From: Octopus bimaculoides
Lineage: Eukaryota
Direction: 5' to 3'
NCBI RefSeq assembly: GCF_001194135.2
Contig: NC_068990.1
Coordinates: forward strand, 31,056,476-31,120,475
Length of the DNA stretch: 64,000 nucleotides
A model generated the notes under the pieces. That model searched no databases, was not told the origin of the DNA, and saw only the letters and a list, made by a program, of their open reading frames with translations. Each line of letters opens with the position of its first letter. The first letter of the stretch is position 1. Made by a program: the position numbers and the translations under genes. Positions 26,473-40,892 of this stretch are shown here, piece by piece.

Positions 26473-29400
26473 NNNNNNNNNNNNNNNNNNNNNNNNNNNN
26501 NNNNNNNNNNNNNNNNNNNNNNNNNNNNNNNNNNNNNNNNNNNNNNNNNNNNNNNNNNNNNNNNNNNNNNNNNNNNNNNNNNNNNNNNNNNNNNNNNNNN
26601 NNNNNNNNNNNNNNNNNNNNNNNNNNNNNNNNNNNNNNNNNNNNNNNNNNNNNNNNNNNNNNNNNNNNNNNNNNNNNNNNNNNNNNNNNNNNNNNNNNNN
26701 NNNNNNNNNNNNNNNNNNNNNNNNNNNNNNNNNNNNNNNNNNNNNNNNNNNNNNNNNNNNNNNNNNNNNNNNNNNNNNNNNNNNNNNNNNNNNNNNNNNN
26801 NNNNNNNNNNNNNNNNNNNNNNNNNNNNNNNNNNNNNNNNNNNNNNNNNNAAATTAACGTGGGTTATTTAGACATTAACAAATTTATTAGAATATTTGGC
26901 TGAAGATCAGAATAGAGTATTATGTACTCTTAACTGTGAAACAATTGTACTAAATTAACTAAAGGCAAGTGTTTTTTACTCTTCTCTATTGTTTTTTGTT
27001 CTGTGTGTATCAAAAATATCGCTATCAATCTGGAGTAATAATTTGTAGTTTTGAAATCAGTAGTTCTTTGACTGCTATTTCTGAATTCTCAGTATGTTGG
27101 AGAAGCAGGTTACTGTCAATCCCTATATATTTATGATTATATATATATATATATATATATGTATACATATTTATGTGTGTGTGTGTGTGTGTTTGTCCCC
27201 CCACCACCATTGCTTGACAACCGATGTTGGTGTATTTGTGTTCCCATAACTTAGCTGTTTAGCAAAAAAGACTGATAGAATAAACACCAGGATTACAGGG
27301 AATAAGTCCAGGGGTTGATTTCTTTGACTAAAGGGCAGTGCTCCAGCATGGCCATCGGCAAATGACTGAAACAAGTAAATGAATGAAAAAAATACCAGAA
27401 GAATGTTCCATACCACTAAACCAAGAAAGTCCTTTGAATATGTACAATGTATTTTAAGGCTAAATAGTAATTCTGTTTATGCTTGCATAACTGAGATATT
27501 TTGGTTGGACTTTATAGTTATCGGCTTTACACTTCTTTCTATATTCTGTAACTGTCACAATATAGAAACTTTTCTCATGGCACTAGCACACAATTTACAG
27601 ATGCTTACATTATTTATATTTTCCATGAATTTTTCGCGCACACAAGCTCCATCTTTTTGTGGCAGTTTTTATTTGACATTTAACATTAGGTATTAAATTA
27701 TTGTAATATATTCATCTTAAACTCTTCACATTTTTTCATCAGTTAAGTAATTTTATTCTATTTGTCAAGCCATTTATACATACAGGCATATCCTTTATAG
27801 CCACTAACAGAAAAACTGCCCTCCAGGCGAGTTTTTGTTTGCATGTGTATTGCGCATATTGATATTATATATACATATAGATATGATGCATAAATTATAA
27901 AGTAATTCTATATTTAAGATATGAGGAATTATGTACATTATTTACATTTGACAGATATTTGTCCTCATCTTGTTTGTTGTTAACACAAAGTTTCGGCTGA
28001 TATACCCGCCAGCCTTCATCAGGTGTCTTGGGGAAATTTCGAACCTGAGTTCTCATTCCTAAGGTTTTTGTCAATGTTGTTGTTGTTATTATTATCATCA
28101 TCATCATCATCATTATTCAGGTTACTGCTTGGAATCGAACTCGGAATCTTGGGGTTAGTAGCTCGCGCTCTTAACCACTACGCCATATGCCTGTGGACAT
28201 ATGGCATAGAGGTTAAGAGCGCAAACTACTAACCCAAAGATTCCGAGTTTGATTCCAAGCAGTGACTTGAATAATAACAATAATAATAATAATAACAACA
28301 TCGCAAAATACCTTTGGAATGAGAACCCAGGTTTGAAATTTCCCCAAGACACCTGATGAAGGCTGGAGGAGGTATCAGCCGAAATGTTGTGTTAACAACA
28401 AACAAGATGAGGACAAATATCTGTCAAATGTAAATAATGTAAATAATGTATTATAGAGTAAGTCGACAATATGCACATGAATTGAACAAACACTTTGTTA
28501 TAGTTTATCCTGTAATCAGTAAAATAATCCATGATTAATATTCATTTATAATTTTTTCAAAATAATATGATCTTCTTTAATAATGTGAAGGGAAAAATAA
28601 ACTGGACACAGTGTCGCATTTCTTCAGTCATTATATTATAGATAGTAAGGCGGCGAGCTGGCAGAAACATTAGCATGCCAGATGAAATGCTTAGCGGTAT
28701 TTCGTCTGTCTTTATGTTCTGAGTTCAAATTCTACCAAAGTCGACTTTGCCTTTCATCCTTTTGGGGGTCGATAAGTTAAGTACCAGTTGTGTACTGGGG
28801 TTGATCTAATTGACTGTCCTCCTCCCCCAAAATTTCTGGCCTTGTGCCTAGAGTAGAAAAGATTATATTATGGAAATGTGCTTGCATAGCAAGTGACTTA
28901 ATGTGAAATCATGTGCTGAAACAAAAACAATTGTAGCATGGATAGTATTTGTAAGCCCTTCAAAAACACACAAAAACCATTAGTTTTGCTTCAGCATCCA
29001 AGTTTCATTTGTGTTAAAATATTTTTGTTGCTTTGAAACTGCGACCTGTTTACTAACAAAACTTCACCAAGTTTTGTCAAGTGAACAGGTCATGGTCTCA
29101 GAGCAATGAAAATATTTTGACAAGAATGAAACTTAAATGTTGAAGCAAAAATGTTTAATACAAAAATTATCTTTATTGTTTAAAATTTTTAAAATATTCG
29201 TTTATAATTTCTTCAAAGTAATATGACTTTTTTTAATAACATGGAGAAAAAAATAAACTGGACACAATCCCACACTTCTTCAATCATTATATTATAGATA
29301 ACTTTTCCCCTCACTCACAGACGCATGCATACATAATTTTGAAACAACACATCAACAGTCAGTGGCGACCACTTGCATTTTTCAGCCGACAACTATGATC

Positions 29401-32400
29401 CCCTGAACAGAAGTACAGTGCTTTTGACAGGGACTTACTGGCTGTTCATCTAGGTGTCTGCCACTTTTGCTATTTCCTTGAAGGCCGCATATTTACAGTA
29501 TTCATTGATCACAAACCACTCACCTTTGCTATGAGCAAGCTCTCAGAGCCTTGGCCTGCACGCCAGTAATGACAGCTATCAGCCATTTCTGAGTACACCA
29601 CAGACATCAACACAGCCGGCAAGGGCAATCCAGTTGCTAACGCACTCTCTCGTGCTCCTACCCACTCTCACATTTACCTATCACCAATAACGGAAGGCTT
29701 GGATTATGAAGCTATGGCTGCAACCCAAGAGACAGCTGACGAGATCAGGGCCTACTGCACTGCCATCACATCACTTACTTTGCAGGATGTACACTTTGGC
29801 TCTAATGGCACAACCCAACTGTGTGACATATCCACTAGGAAGCCATGACCAATTGTCCCATCAGCCTGCTGCAAGAAAGTTTTTGACGTCATTCATGGAC
29901 TTTCCCACCCAGGTACTAAAGCCACACAGCAGCTGTTGTCAAGCAAATTTATCTGGCAAAGTATGGCCAAGCAAATCGAGGATTGGACCAGGTCCTGTAT
30001 CCCCTGTCAACAAGCCAAGGTCAATCAACACACCAAAGCACCCCTCGGCAACTATGAACCACCTCAGACCCAATTCAGCCATGTTAATATCGAGCTTGTT
30101 GGCCCTCTACCACCTTCACAGGGTTGCTTGTATCTACTGACCTTGATAGACTGCTACACCTATTGGCCTGAAGCATGGAAACACAAGAAGTCAGCCGAGC
30201 CTTCATCGCAAACTGGGTCACCCGTTTCGGTGTCCCAGATAGCATCTCATTCTATCGGGGTCCACAATTCACCTCAAAGCTGTGAAATGATGTATGACCT
30301 TTTCCGAATCACAGTGAACCGCACAACAGCCTACCATCCACAGGCCAACGGATTAATAGAGAGATTTCACTGCCACCTGAAGGAATCCCTGACAACCAAA
30401 CTTAACAGGCTAAATTGGATTGACCAACTCCCAAGGGTGATGCTGAGAATCTGCTCTGCCCCAAAAGAAAATCTCAACACTTCTCCCATGGAAATGGTAC
30501 ACGGTGCTCCTCTTACAGTACAAGGAGAGTTCCTTCCAAATACAAAGTCAGACCCGGATGTCAAAAGGTACCTCACTCAAATGAGAGACAGCATGGGCCA
30601 ATTCTGCCCTGTTCCCATGTCGACACATGGTACACCCAGATCATCTGTACCAAATGACCTCCACACGGCTAACTTTGTGTTCGTTCGACGTGACACGCAA
30701 AAAAAAAACCCTCCAGTCACCCTACGATGGTCCACCCTATGATGGTCCTTTGATAAATGTATTCTCATCTCCACTAGTTTGTTTGAGTATAGCTTAACAA
30801 AGCTATACCAGTATAGAAGACAGACGTTAAATGATGGTGGTGATATTTTCTTTATGTAAAAACATCTTACATAAGCTTTTTATTCAGAATTGGTCACAGC
30901 TTTTACTCAGAGAAAGATTCTACTTTAATCTTGAAATCTAACAAAACACTACACCAATAAATATATAATGTCTCTGACAAACTTCTATAGCATTAAGTTA
31001 CATTTTGCTCCTGCCACACATTTTGCAACTATGTTAAGTGGGTTATCTTTTCCATTGCATGTGTTTTACAGCTAAATGTATGAAGCTATCTTTACAACTT
31101 TACATATATCAGCTATTATTCAACTAGGCAGTGACAGTGTAGTTGAAAGATGGCCATATTCACTTTCTGTCAACATAACACAGTACTAGTGCTGGAACAT
31201 AAATCGATTTTGGCTAGTTGACTACAGCTCTAATCATCCATACCATTCAATCTAACTTGAAAAAAAAATATCGATGATAAATGTAGGAATATTTTTTTTA
31301 GTATTTAATGTTAAGTTTGAAAATATTCTACATCAGTTTTGAGTGGGGTGAGAGGGGTTAAATAATTAACTGCTAGACATTATAATATTTATTCATGCCT
31401 TGCTACAGTATGAGTTCAAATCTCAGCTACATCGATGTTTTTCTGGAATCTTTCTAAGATTGATGAAATATGATTGACAATATTTTACTTTATTTTAAAG
31501 TGGTGAGGTGGCAGGATCATTAGCACACCAGATAAAATGCTTGGTAGCATTTTGTCCGTTTTTATGTTCTGAGTTCTCATTCTGCTGAGGTCAACTTTGC
31601 CTTCATCCTTTCAGAATCAATAAAACAAGTATAAATTGAGCACTGGGGTCAATGTAATTGACTTACACCCTCCCCTGAACTTTCTAGCCTTGCATCAAAA
31701 TTTGAAACCAATATTTTACATTATTTTTCTGTTTTTTTTCGAAGCTTCTCTTCATCAACTAAATGTTCGTACCATTCAAGCTGTCCAGTACGCAATTCTT
31801 TCTGGGGAGAACCAAACATCTCTGAATGCAATGATACTGACTGGATTACTCGAAAGCTGAGGGACATAGAACAATATGATATTGAAAAGCGTGAGTAAGC
31901 AAGCAATTGTGCTTCTAACATTCTTAAAGTAGTAGTAGTGGTTCAGCAGTGGCTGTAGGCATAGTATAGTATTAGAAGCAGTATCAACCCCAATTAATCA
32001 GACCTGTCATACTAAGTTCCACCTGTATACATCTATTGCTATGCCAATGGCTATCTGACTGCTAGACATGAAAAAGTAACAGAAGAATCTATAGAACTGC
32101 ATATGACTTTCATAGATGTTACCTTAGGACCATTCTAGTATTTTCTTAGTGTGACTACATAACAAGCAAAAATTCATGGAAAGGAATTGTCTGAGTAATG
32201 AACAGGATGCTATATCACCATCAGACAGCAGATGTTCGTCCATGTGCTTCGCATGTCCATGAAAGTTTTAGTGGCAACCAGAGAAAGACTTTTATATATA
32301 TATGAAGTAGAGAAATTTGAAAAGACAACACGAAACCGGATTTCTCAAAATACAATGTTTATATACCAAAAAGATTTTATAACATTTTTCTAACATTTTT

Positions 32401-35400
32401 CTAATATTTTTCTGACATAATTTAAATATATACTTTAACCATGTAACACAAGCCTTCTGTAGTTTTTTCACTCTTATTATCTTTTATACATCCAACCACG
32501 TGCTTTCACATACCAACTTTCTNNNNNNNNNNNNNNNNNNNNNNNNNNNNNNNNNNNNNNNNNNNNNNNNNNNNNNNNNNNNNNNNNNNNNNNNNNNNNN
32601 NNNNNNNNNNNNNNNNNNNNNNNNNNNNNNNNNNNNNNNNNNNNNNNNNNNNNNNNNNNNNNNNNNNNNNNGATATTGAAGATGAATAAAAATGAAAATG
32701 CTACTTTTTTAAAACATTTTTTGGGTGTTTTAACTGATTTACATGTTTCGTTTTTTTTTTAAAAAACCTTATCAAAAATGAATATAAAATATGTGAGAAG
32801 AGAAAAGGGCTATTAATAAAATAAAATTGAAATTAAAATTAAGAATGACATTCATAGTTTACTGTTATTTCTTGCATGCGCATGTGGTCCTTTCCTTGAG
32901 TTCTGAAAACATGGTAATTCCAACTTGTTGTCTTAGTATATTTGTGATTTCAGTTAATATTTAATCTCAAACTGACTGTATATTATCTTGAATTTCATGT
33001 TAAAATTTCATTCCAGAAAATATCGAGGATTTATCCAAACAACTTTTGAATATTACTCAAAAGTCACTGTATTTCAAAGTAAAAGACATTAACTTGGCTG
33101 CAAGCATTTATGAGAATATAGCATCACAGGTATCGAATGTATCTACCAATACAACAACAAACTATATACTTCCTAGTATCAGCAATATGATAGACACACC
33201 AGAGAAGATTTTGGTTGAGGCAGAACAATCTAACGGAAATGTTAAAAGGTAAAAATTAAATCATATTTCCTGTAACTCTGTAAAGTTATCTTACTTATAA
33301 TAAACATACAGTTTTTAATATTTGATACATATTTAAATGGCAGTATATTATTTTCACACTGAAAAAATCCTATTAAAACATCACCATTTAATTTTTCTAT
33401 TTTTTTACAGATCACTTTTTTATTTTGTATTATTGCTGTCTGCATTCAGTTTTAAATTATACAAATATATTTTACATCAACAGTATTTTAACTGAGAGAT
33501 GATTGATCCCACTTCACACTATAGTCTTTCTTTCCACCATCATCATTATCATCATCATCATCATTTGTTGTAATACCAATCTTTCCAATTAATAATGAAA
33601 TAGATTTTACAGATGAATCAATGATATATGAGATTTTTCATTATGAATGCAACTGAATGTGCAGAACTGTATTTAATCACTCTACCTTAAATGTTTATGG
33701 TTGTATTGAGTATGTGTTGGTTTAAAACTATTTTCCTTTACTGAAGACCTACTGACTTGTAAGTACACAAACTTGGGAAGTATGTCAAATGTGACCTTAA
33801 AGAAATACATGGAGAAACTTAATCAAGAAGTAGATAAGAAAATATATGATGAACTTCCAAGTAACTTTTCGTTGGTAATCGATGGTTGGACTAAGGTTTT
33901 GACACATTTCTTGCATCTTATTTGTGCAGTTATCATAAGGACTATTACACTGTTTTGCTGGCATTTTCACCAATGTTAAGTGAAACATCATTCACTGCTT
34001 CTGCTTATGTCGAATTTATAGAGAATGTGTTAAGTGCCTATAACAAAAAATTTAGATAATACTGAAGTGAATAAATCTATAGCAAATTTGTGTAGAATAA
34101 CATTGATTGGCTGTGCCTCTCATAAATTCAATATAGCTGTTTCTGCTTATCTTGACAAGCAGGAAATTCAGCTTCATGAAATATGTTGATGGACAAGCTA
34201 AAATCATTAAAAGCTGTGGGTAAACTTCAGGAAAAAACGTCTTTGCAACCTCTACAAACAAAACCCAATGGTTCAGCACTTATGACATGATTGAGAGGGA
34301 CATAAAACTCAAGCCGTTTTTAGACTCTTTGCAAGATAATCCATTTCTACTCTAGGCTCAAGGACCGAAATTTTGTGGAGAGTGAGGTCAGTCGATTAGA
34401 TCAACCCCAGTATGCAAGTGATACTTAATTTATCGACCCCGAAAGGATGAAAGGCAAAGTTGACTGTGGTGGAATTTGAACTCAGAGTGTAAAGACAGAC
34501 AAAAGCATTTCACCTGGCATGCTAACGTTTCTGCCAGCTCGCCACCTTAAAGGTTATCCAAAGCTGATTGATTATTTGTTGACTCCATGTGATCATAATG
34601 ATCTGCAGACTCTAAAAGACAATTTAGTAAAGTTACACCCAGTAGCAGTCACCTTGCAAAGAACAGAAATAGATTTGGGAGGTGCTCGAATTCTTTTTGA
34701 CGAAATTCTTGCATTGTATCCATATGATGAGTTTAAAAATATTTGTTTCCATCGGCAGCCATTGTGCACAGCCCAAATTTTGAAAGTGGAGTTGTGAAAA
34801 TTTTACATGCAGAAACAGCTAACTGCAGAGGAAGTGGCTGCTCTACATCAGCTGAGAGTGGTGACAAACATGTCACAACAGTCTGATTTCCCTCTAGAAG
34901 ACGATGGTTTTGCCTCAATTTTTTTGAAAAAGCACAAAATAGATAAAATTTCACTTCAGCAATATTTGAACCATAGATTTTTGTTACCAACGTCCAACAT
35001 CTTGGAACGTTTCTTCAGCTCAGCAGGTTACGCTTTCAATGGGTTTTGGCAATACTTAACACCATTGAATTTAGAAATGCAATTATTTCTAAAAGTCAAT
35101 CGCTCTTTCTGCGATGAAGAATTAGTCTCAGAAATCTGCAATCGTTCATGGTCTTTTGCTATATTAGAACATTTTAATTGTGCTACTTATTTGAGAAACT
35201 CTTTCAATTAAAGACCTTCAATTCATTTATTTTTCAACTACAGTACAATGTAGAGTATGCATGTTGTTTGTTCCCTATTCTAAATCAATAAAATTGAACT
35301 TTGAATGTTTTCTGATAGTAAAATTTTTTGAAACTATAAGACGTGCCTTTTATTTTCCTATGATTTTGGCTCTTAACTAAAGCGAAGCTAACACTCCAAA

Positions 35401-37744
35401 ATATATGGTGTTTTTACGTTCGGCAAAATAATTGACAATTAATTGCAATAATTGATTGACTTGTATCCTAATTAAGCTTAATTCATTGCTTGGAAAATAA
35501 TTGATTGGAAAGGTTCCAATTAATTATTTACAACCCCTGCTCACAGGTTTAAGTATGTAGTGAAAAAAAAAATGGTCAAAATCGAATCGAACTAGGGTGG
35601 CAGGAGTGAAAAAAATTTTCAAAATCTTTTTCTTTTTTGTTTTCCTTGAAAAGATGCCTCCCATACACACACACACACACACATACATGAAGACTTTGGT
35701 GAAAAACACTGGAAAAAATCCCCGTCAAAATGGAAAAATTCAAACTTATGTGGGCCGTCTGATCTGAAACTCCATTTCCCAGAAACTCCTCTCCCCAACC
35801 CCTACACTAATGAGTCTTAGGTATCTTCTTGATGTACTCCCACAAGAGAAACATATTCAGTTAACATTGACTATGTTTATAGTAGTAGCAGTAGCACAGC
35901 AGCAGCAGCAAGAGGTGAAAATAAATAACAGCTGAAATAATACAGTAGTGTCCTGACTTGTGCAGAGCCCTAAGCAACTTGGTGGCAAACTTCTACTGGA
36001 GAACAACTTCTAGTATCCTCAATAGATAAAATGAAATATGAAGTGACTGATATTAGTTAACAAATAACTAGCTGCAAATAATTACGGCTGATACAAACAC
36101 CATGTTTGTGATTTAAATATCTCCATCTTTGACTTAAGGTATTGTTAGAGGTAGTATACTATTGTTTGATCGTTTAGTACAGTCCTGTGTATTGACATGC
36201 CCATATGCATATCTCGGTGATAAATTAAGAATTTAAACATGTCAGCCACTTTCCTTCCTAAGTGCATCATTTTTCTGTTGAGCTTTGTTAATCATAAATC
36301 CTTTTATTCCAATAACTTCTTTTCTTAAACTACTATTGTCTGGAGCTCAGTGCCATAATCTTGTTTTCTTCTGGTCTTTAATATTCAGTCCTTTAAGATC
36401 TCTTTTGATCAACATCTTTTGAATACATTGGTCACTTTTTTTCCTTCTTTGTAGTCCCTTACACTACAGTAGCCTCAAGCCTTGTTTGGGACAAAATCTT
36501 TAAAGAAAACTTTTAAAGTAATTTGAATGAAGGAATTCATTGTCACTGATTGAATATATTTTTCTTGATTTTCTCATAGAATACTGGATATTGTAGAAAC
36601 AATCTCAGAAAACATTCAACTGAAAGAAGAGCAACTCAGTGTTTCATATCCAAACTTTGGCATTGGTGTTACCGAAATGGAAAATACTAATTTCAATGGT
36701 AGTTTCTATGGTATTTTACCAGATGCTAATGGGAAAGAGGCAAGGAATATGGTAAATACTTTCTCATGATTACTCTGCTTTTAACCATAGTTTCTAAACT
36801 GTAACTGATACAAAACAGTAAAAATGAAGTATTATTTCCATATAAAGCTGTACACTGCTTGATACAGTGTACAATATAAAAAGATGTGAAATATAATATG
36901 CATACAACACATAAAGTAGATTAGCAATAGAGGTACCTGTGTGTGTGTGTGTGTGTGTATGTCTAAGATTATCATAAATATACATATATGCATGTGTATG
37001 TGTGTCTATGTGTACATATATTGATATATATATATACATATATCAAAATATACATATATGTGTGTGTATGTGTGTATATACCTAGATAGATAAGCAGGCA
37101 TCTCCACAATAGCATGATAGTGCAAGTATTTATACAAGGTGGGATCAAAAGGTTCCCAGACTAGTTCTGTAGTATGCCAAAAGATGGCAGCACATGATTG
37201 CGTGTGCAGTGAGAGCTAGCAGTGACTTTCATGAGGCAGTGTACCAAGTGTCATCACAGGAAATGAAATCCAAGAAATCAAAATTTCTCAATGAAGTTGG
37301 AAATATAAGGAATAAGTCAAATCATAGTGAGAGAAATAATGTTACCAATATGGTATATCTGATATTGTTTTTAACTGATATAGCAAGCAAGATGTTTGAG
37401 TCTATGTGTAACAATGTTCATGTGTATCTGGCTGCATAGATATGTGCTACAAGATATGGAAATTTAGCAAGTGATTTAACTGATTTAAAAGATTGAGATA
37501 AACCCAGTTTTGTTAAAAATGAAGCTTCATTTCTGTCACAGTCAAACTGAGAGGGAAAAAGAGATCAAGACAGAAACCAAAAACTAATTTAACAGGTAGA
37601 GACTGGAGACCCAAACGATTACTAAACAGTATAAGAACTGGTACAGTTAATTAGCATGGATAGTAGTACTGGAATGATAGTAGGCATTATGTTTTTAGTA
37701 ATGTTTAAGTAGTAGCTGTATGTGCAACAACAATAGCAGCAGCT

Positions 37745-37819
<75 letters not shown>

Positions 37820-39887
37820 TATTTATAATTTCAATTTTCCATTCTTTTCTTTGCCAGGTATACAACTCTTCATATCCAGATTCCCAAAAAGAAAATATAA
37901 CCATGATGGACTTTATTTCATTACCAAAGAGTTTGTTCAAACATGTGAGAATGGAAAACCTGTCAAACATTTCAAAGGTTCTCTTTTACTCCATGCACAA
38001 TGACAAGCTATTTAGGGTATGTAACTATAAGAGTAATTTTCTTGTATCCAACTATCTGACTAAAGCCTTCATGGTCTCATTGCTTGTTTTCTTACAACTG
38101 AAGAAATAATACTAACTAATCAGCATCTATTGTGTATATGTATCATGTATTCTTTTGCTCATCTTCACTCTTACTAAGTACATAGGTGCATGTATACATG
38201 CATATATATATATCTGTACGTATGTATGTATATACATATATATATNNNNNNNNNNNNNNNNNNNNNNNNNNNNNNNNNNNNNNNNNNNNNNNNNNNNNNN
38301 NNNNNNNNNNNNNNNNNNNNNNNNNNNNNNNNNNNNNNNNNNNNNNNNNNNNNNNNNNNNNNNNNNNNNNNNNNNNNNNNNNNNNNNNNNNNNNNNNNNN
38401 NNNNNNNNNNNNNNNNNNNNNNNNNNNNNNNNNNNNNNNNNNNNNNNNNNNNNNNNNNNNNNNNNNNNNNNNNNNNNNNNNNNNNNNNNNNNNNNNNNNN
38501 NNNNNNNNNNNNNNNNNNNNNNNNNNNNNNNNNNNNNNNNNNNNNNNNNNNNNNNNNNNNNNNNNNNNNNNNNNNNNNNNNNNNNNNNNNNNNNNNNNNN
38601 NNNNNNNNNNNNNNNNNNNNNNNNNNNNNNNNNNNNNNNNNNNNNNNNNNNNNNNNNNNNNNNNNNNNNNNNNNNNNNNNNNNNNNNNNNNNNNNNNNNN
38701 NNNNNNNNNNNNNNNNNNNNNNNNNNNNNNNNNNNNNNNNNNNNNNNNNNNNNNNNNNNNNNNNNNNNNNNNNNNNNNNNNNNNNNNNNNNNNNNNNNNN
38801 NNNNNNNNNNNNNNNNNNNNNNNNNNNNNNNATATATATATATATATATACATTTACATATACATGCATATATGTATTATCATCATCATCATCATTTAAC
38901 ATCTGTTGTCCATGCTGGCATGGGTTGGATGGTTTGACTGGGGCTGGTAAGCTGCACCAGACTCCAGTGTGATTTGGCATGGTTTTCTATGGCTGGATGC
39001 CCTTCCTAATGCCAACCACTCCAAGAGTGTAATGGGTGCTTTTACATACCACATTGCCTCTGTGAGGCTCAAATTTCGAAGATCATGCTTCACCACTTCA
39101 TCCCATGTCTTCCTGGGTCTACCTCTACCACAGGTTCCCTCCACAGTTAGAGATCATCACTTCTTTACACAGTTGTTCTCGTCCATACACATCAAGTGAC
39201 CATACCAGTGCAGTCGTCTCTCTTGCACACCACATCTGATACCTCTTATGCCTAACTTTTCTCTCAAGATGCTTACACTCTGCCGAACATGCACACTGAT
39301 ATTGCACATCCAGCAAAGCATCCTGGCTTCATTTCTTTCAAGTCTACGTTGTCACAGCCCATGTTTCACTGCCATGTAGCATAACTGTTCACACACAGGC
39401 ATTATACAATCTACCTTTCACTCTGGGAGAGAGATCCTTTGTTGCCAGCAGAGGTAGGAGCTCTCTGAACTTTGCTCACAGCTACACTCTAGGAGCATCC
39501 ACCTCCACTACTAACTTGCACACTTAGATAACAAAAGCTATCTACTACCTCCAACTTGCCCTCCTAACAGTTGATGGAGTCTATTTTCTGCACATTTTCA
39601 GTATATATGATACCTGTGCATCTCTTACATACAAAAGCTAGTTTCCCTGTTAACCTTCCTCTGATATTGCTGCATCTTTTATATGTCCAAATCTTACATC
39701 AGGTGCTTCTTATTGAGTTTCTACCTATGCCTTTTCTATATATATGTGTGTATATCACTGAAAAGCTCTGAAACGGTGCATCCTCAAGAAGAGTGGATTT
39801 GATTTTCAAAATCAGCATCCCATGGAGAAGGTTCTCGGAAAATAGTAACCAAAAAATATAATAACTCAACTTTCAGATTGCCAAATC

Positions 39888-39938
<51 letters not shown>

Positions 39939-40892
39939 TACATGTAGGACCACCTTTTAACCACTTTTTTTCCCAGCTCTACTCTGACCTGGAGTACCAA
40001 CACCTGTCAGGGTCCAAGCATTGAGTTAATTAGCATATTAGTGTTTGCCTACCTATGCATATGAAAACTGGATCTGACAGGCTCTGTGAAAGAGACCTCT
40101 ATGGCTCAGTGAAGGGGAAGGCAACTGCAATAACCTACTATGGAGTGCAGAGGGTAAGATGAAACAAGTAAGATATGTTGGTCATCTACTGCATCTGTTT
40201 CCATTTTCAATCATTTTTACCTGGTCTTGCTCCTGAACTGAAGATGGTCATGGACAAGGGAGTGAGGCTGATGGTACAATTCTTCTTTACTTCAAACCAA
40301 ATCACCACACGAGTCATCAATTATCCCTAAGGAAGACTAGATTGTCCTTGTCTCTTTGACTGATGAACATGTGTGATGTCTTCCATTTTATTGGTTCCCA
40401 GACTGATAAATATTAGCTCCACTCCAAACCATTTACCAAAATTTTTTATCCTGCCCTCCATTTTATTAATGAGAAGACAGAATAGAGTGTGTTCATATAA
40501 TCCTTCTCTGTTCCCCATGGTGTTAAATAAATTTAAAAAGTTTAAAACCATCCAACATTAAACATTTCAATTTGTCCATTCCAAAGGTCTGTGAGGATTG
40601 AAAATAGGGGAACAAATTACTACTATGAGAAAAACTGTTCCTTTGGTTAAGTTATTAATTTTTTTTTTATCATTTTACCAAATTAATTTTTCTTTGCAGG
40701 TAATAGAAAAATTTGACAGCAAAACAAATAGTAAAATTAACAGTTATATTATTGCTGCAAATATTCCTAATATTCAAATGACCAACCTTGTTGACCCAGT
40801 TACCATATCCTTCAGTTTATTAGACAAGGTAATATCTTTTCATTCATTTATTTATTTAAAATTGTTTCCTTCTGAAAGGAACCCAGACCACG

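Larger units (their letters stand above)
27904..28450. mobile_element. Palindromic head-to-head element: tRNA-like head + (AAT)n + hammerhead ribozyme in each arm
   Basis: Arms 27934-28191 and 28196-28441 are reverse complements around a 4-nt loop (tgtg, 28192-95); A/B boxes and the HHR core are present in both arms. Confidence 0.88.

Noticed and set aside
28117-28270. Two tRNA-like sequences
   Set aside because: They have A/B boxes but no proper acceptor stem or cloverleaf; they are retroposon heads rather than tRNA genes.
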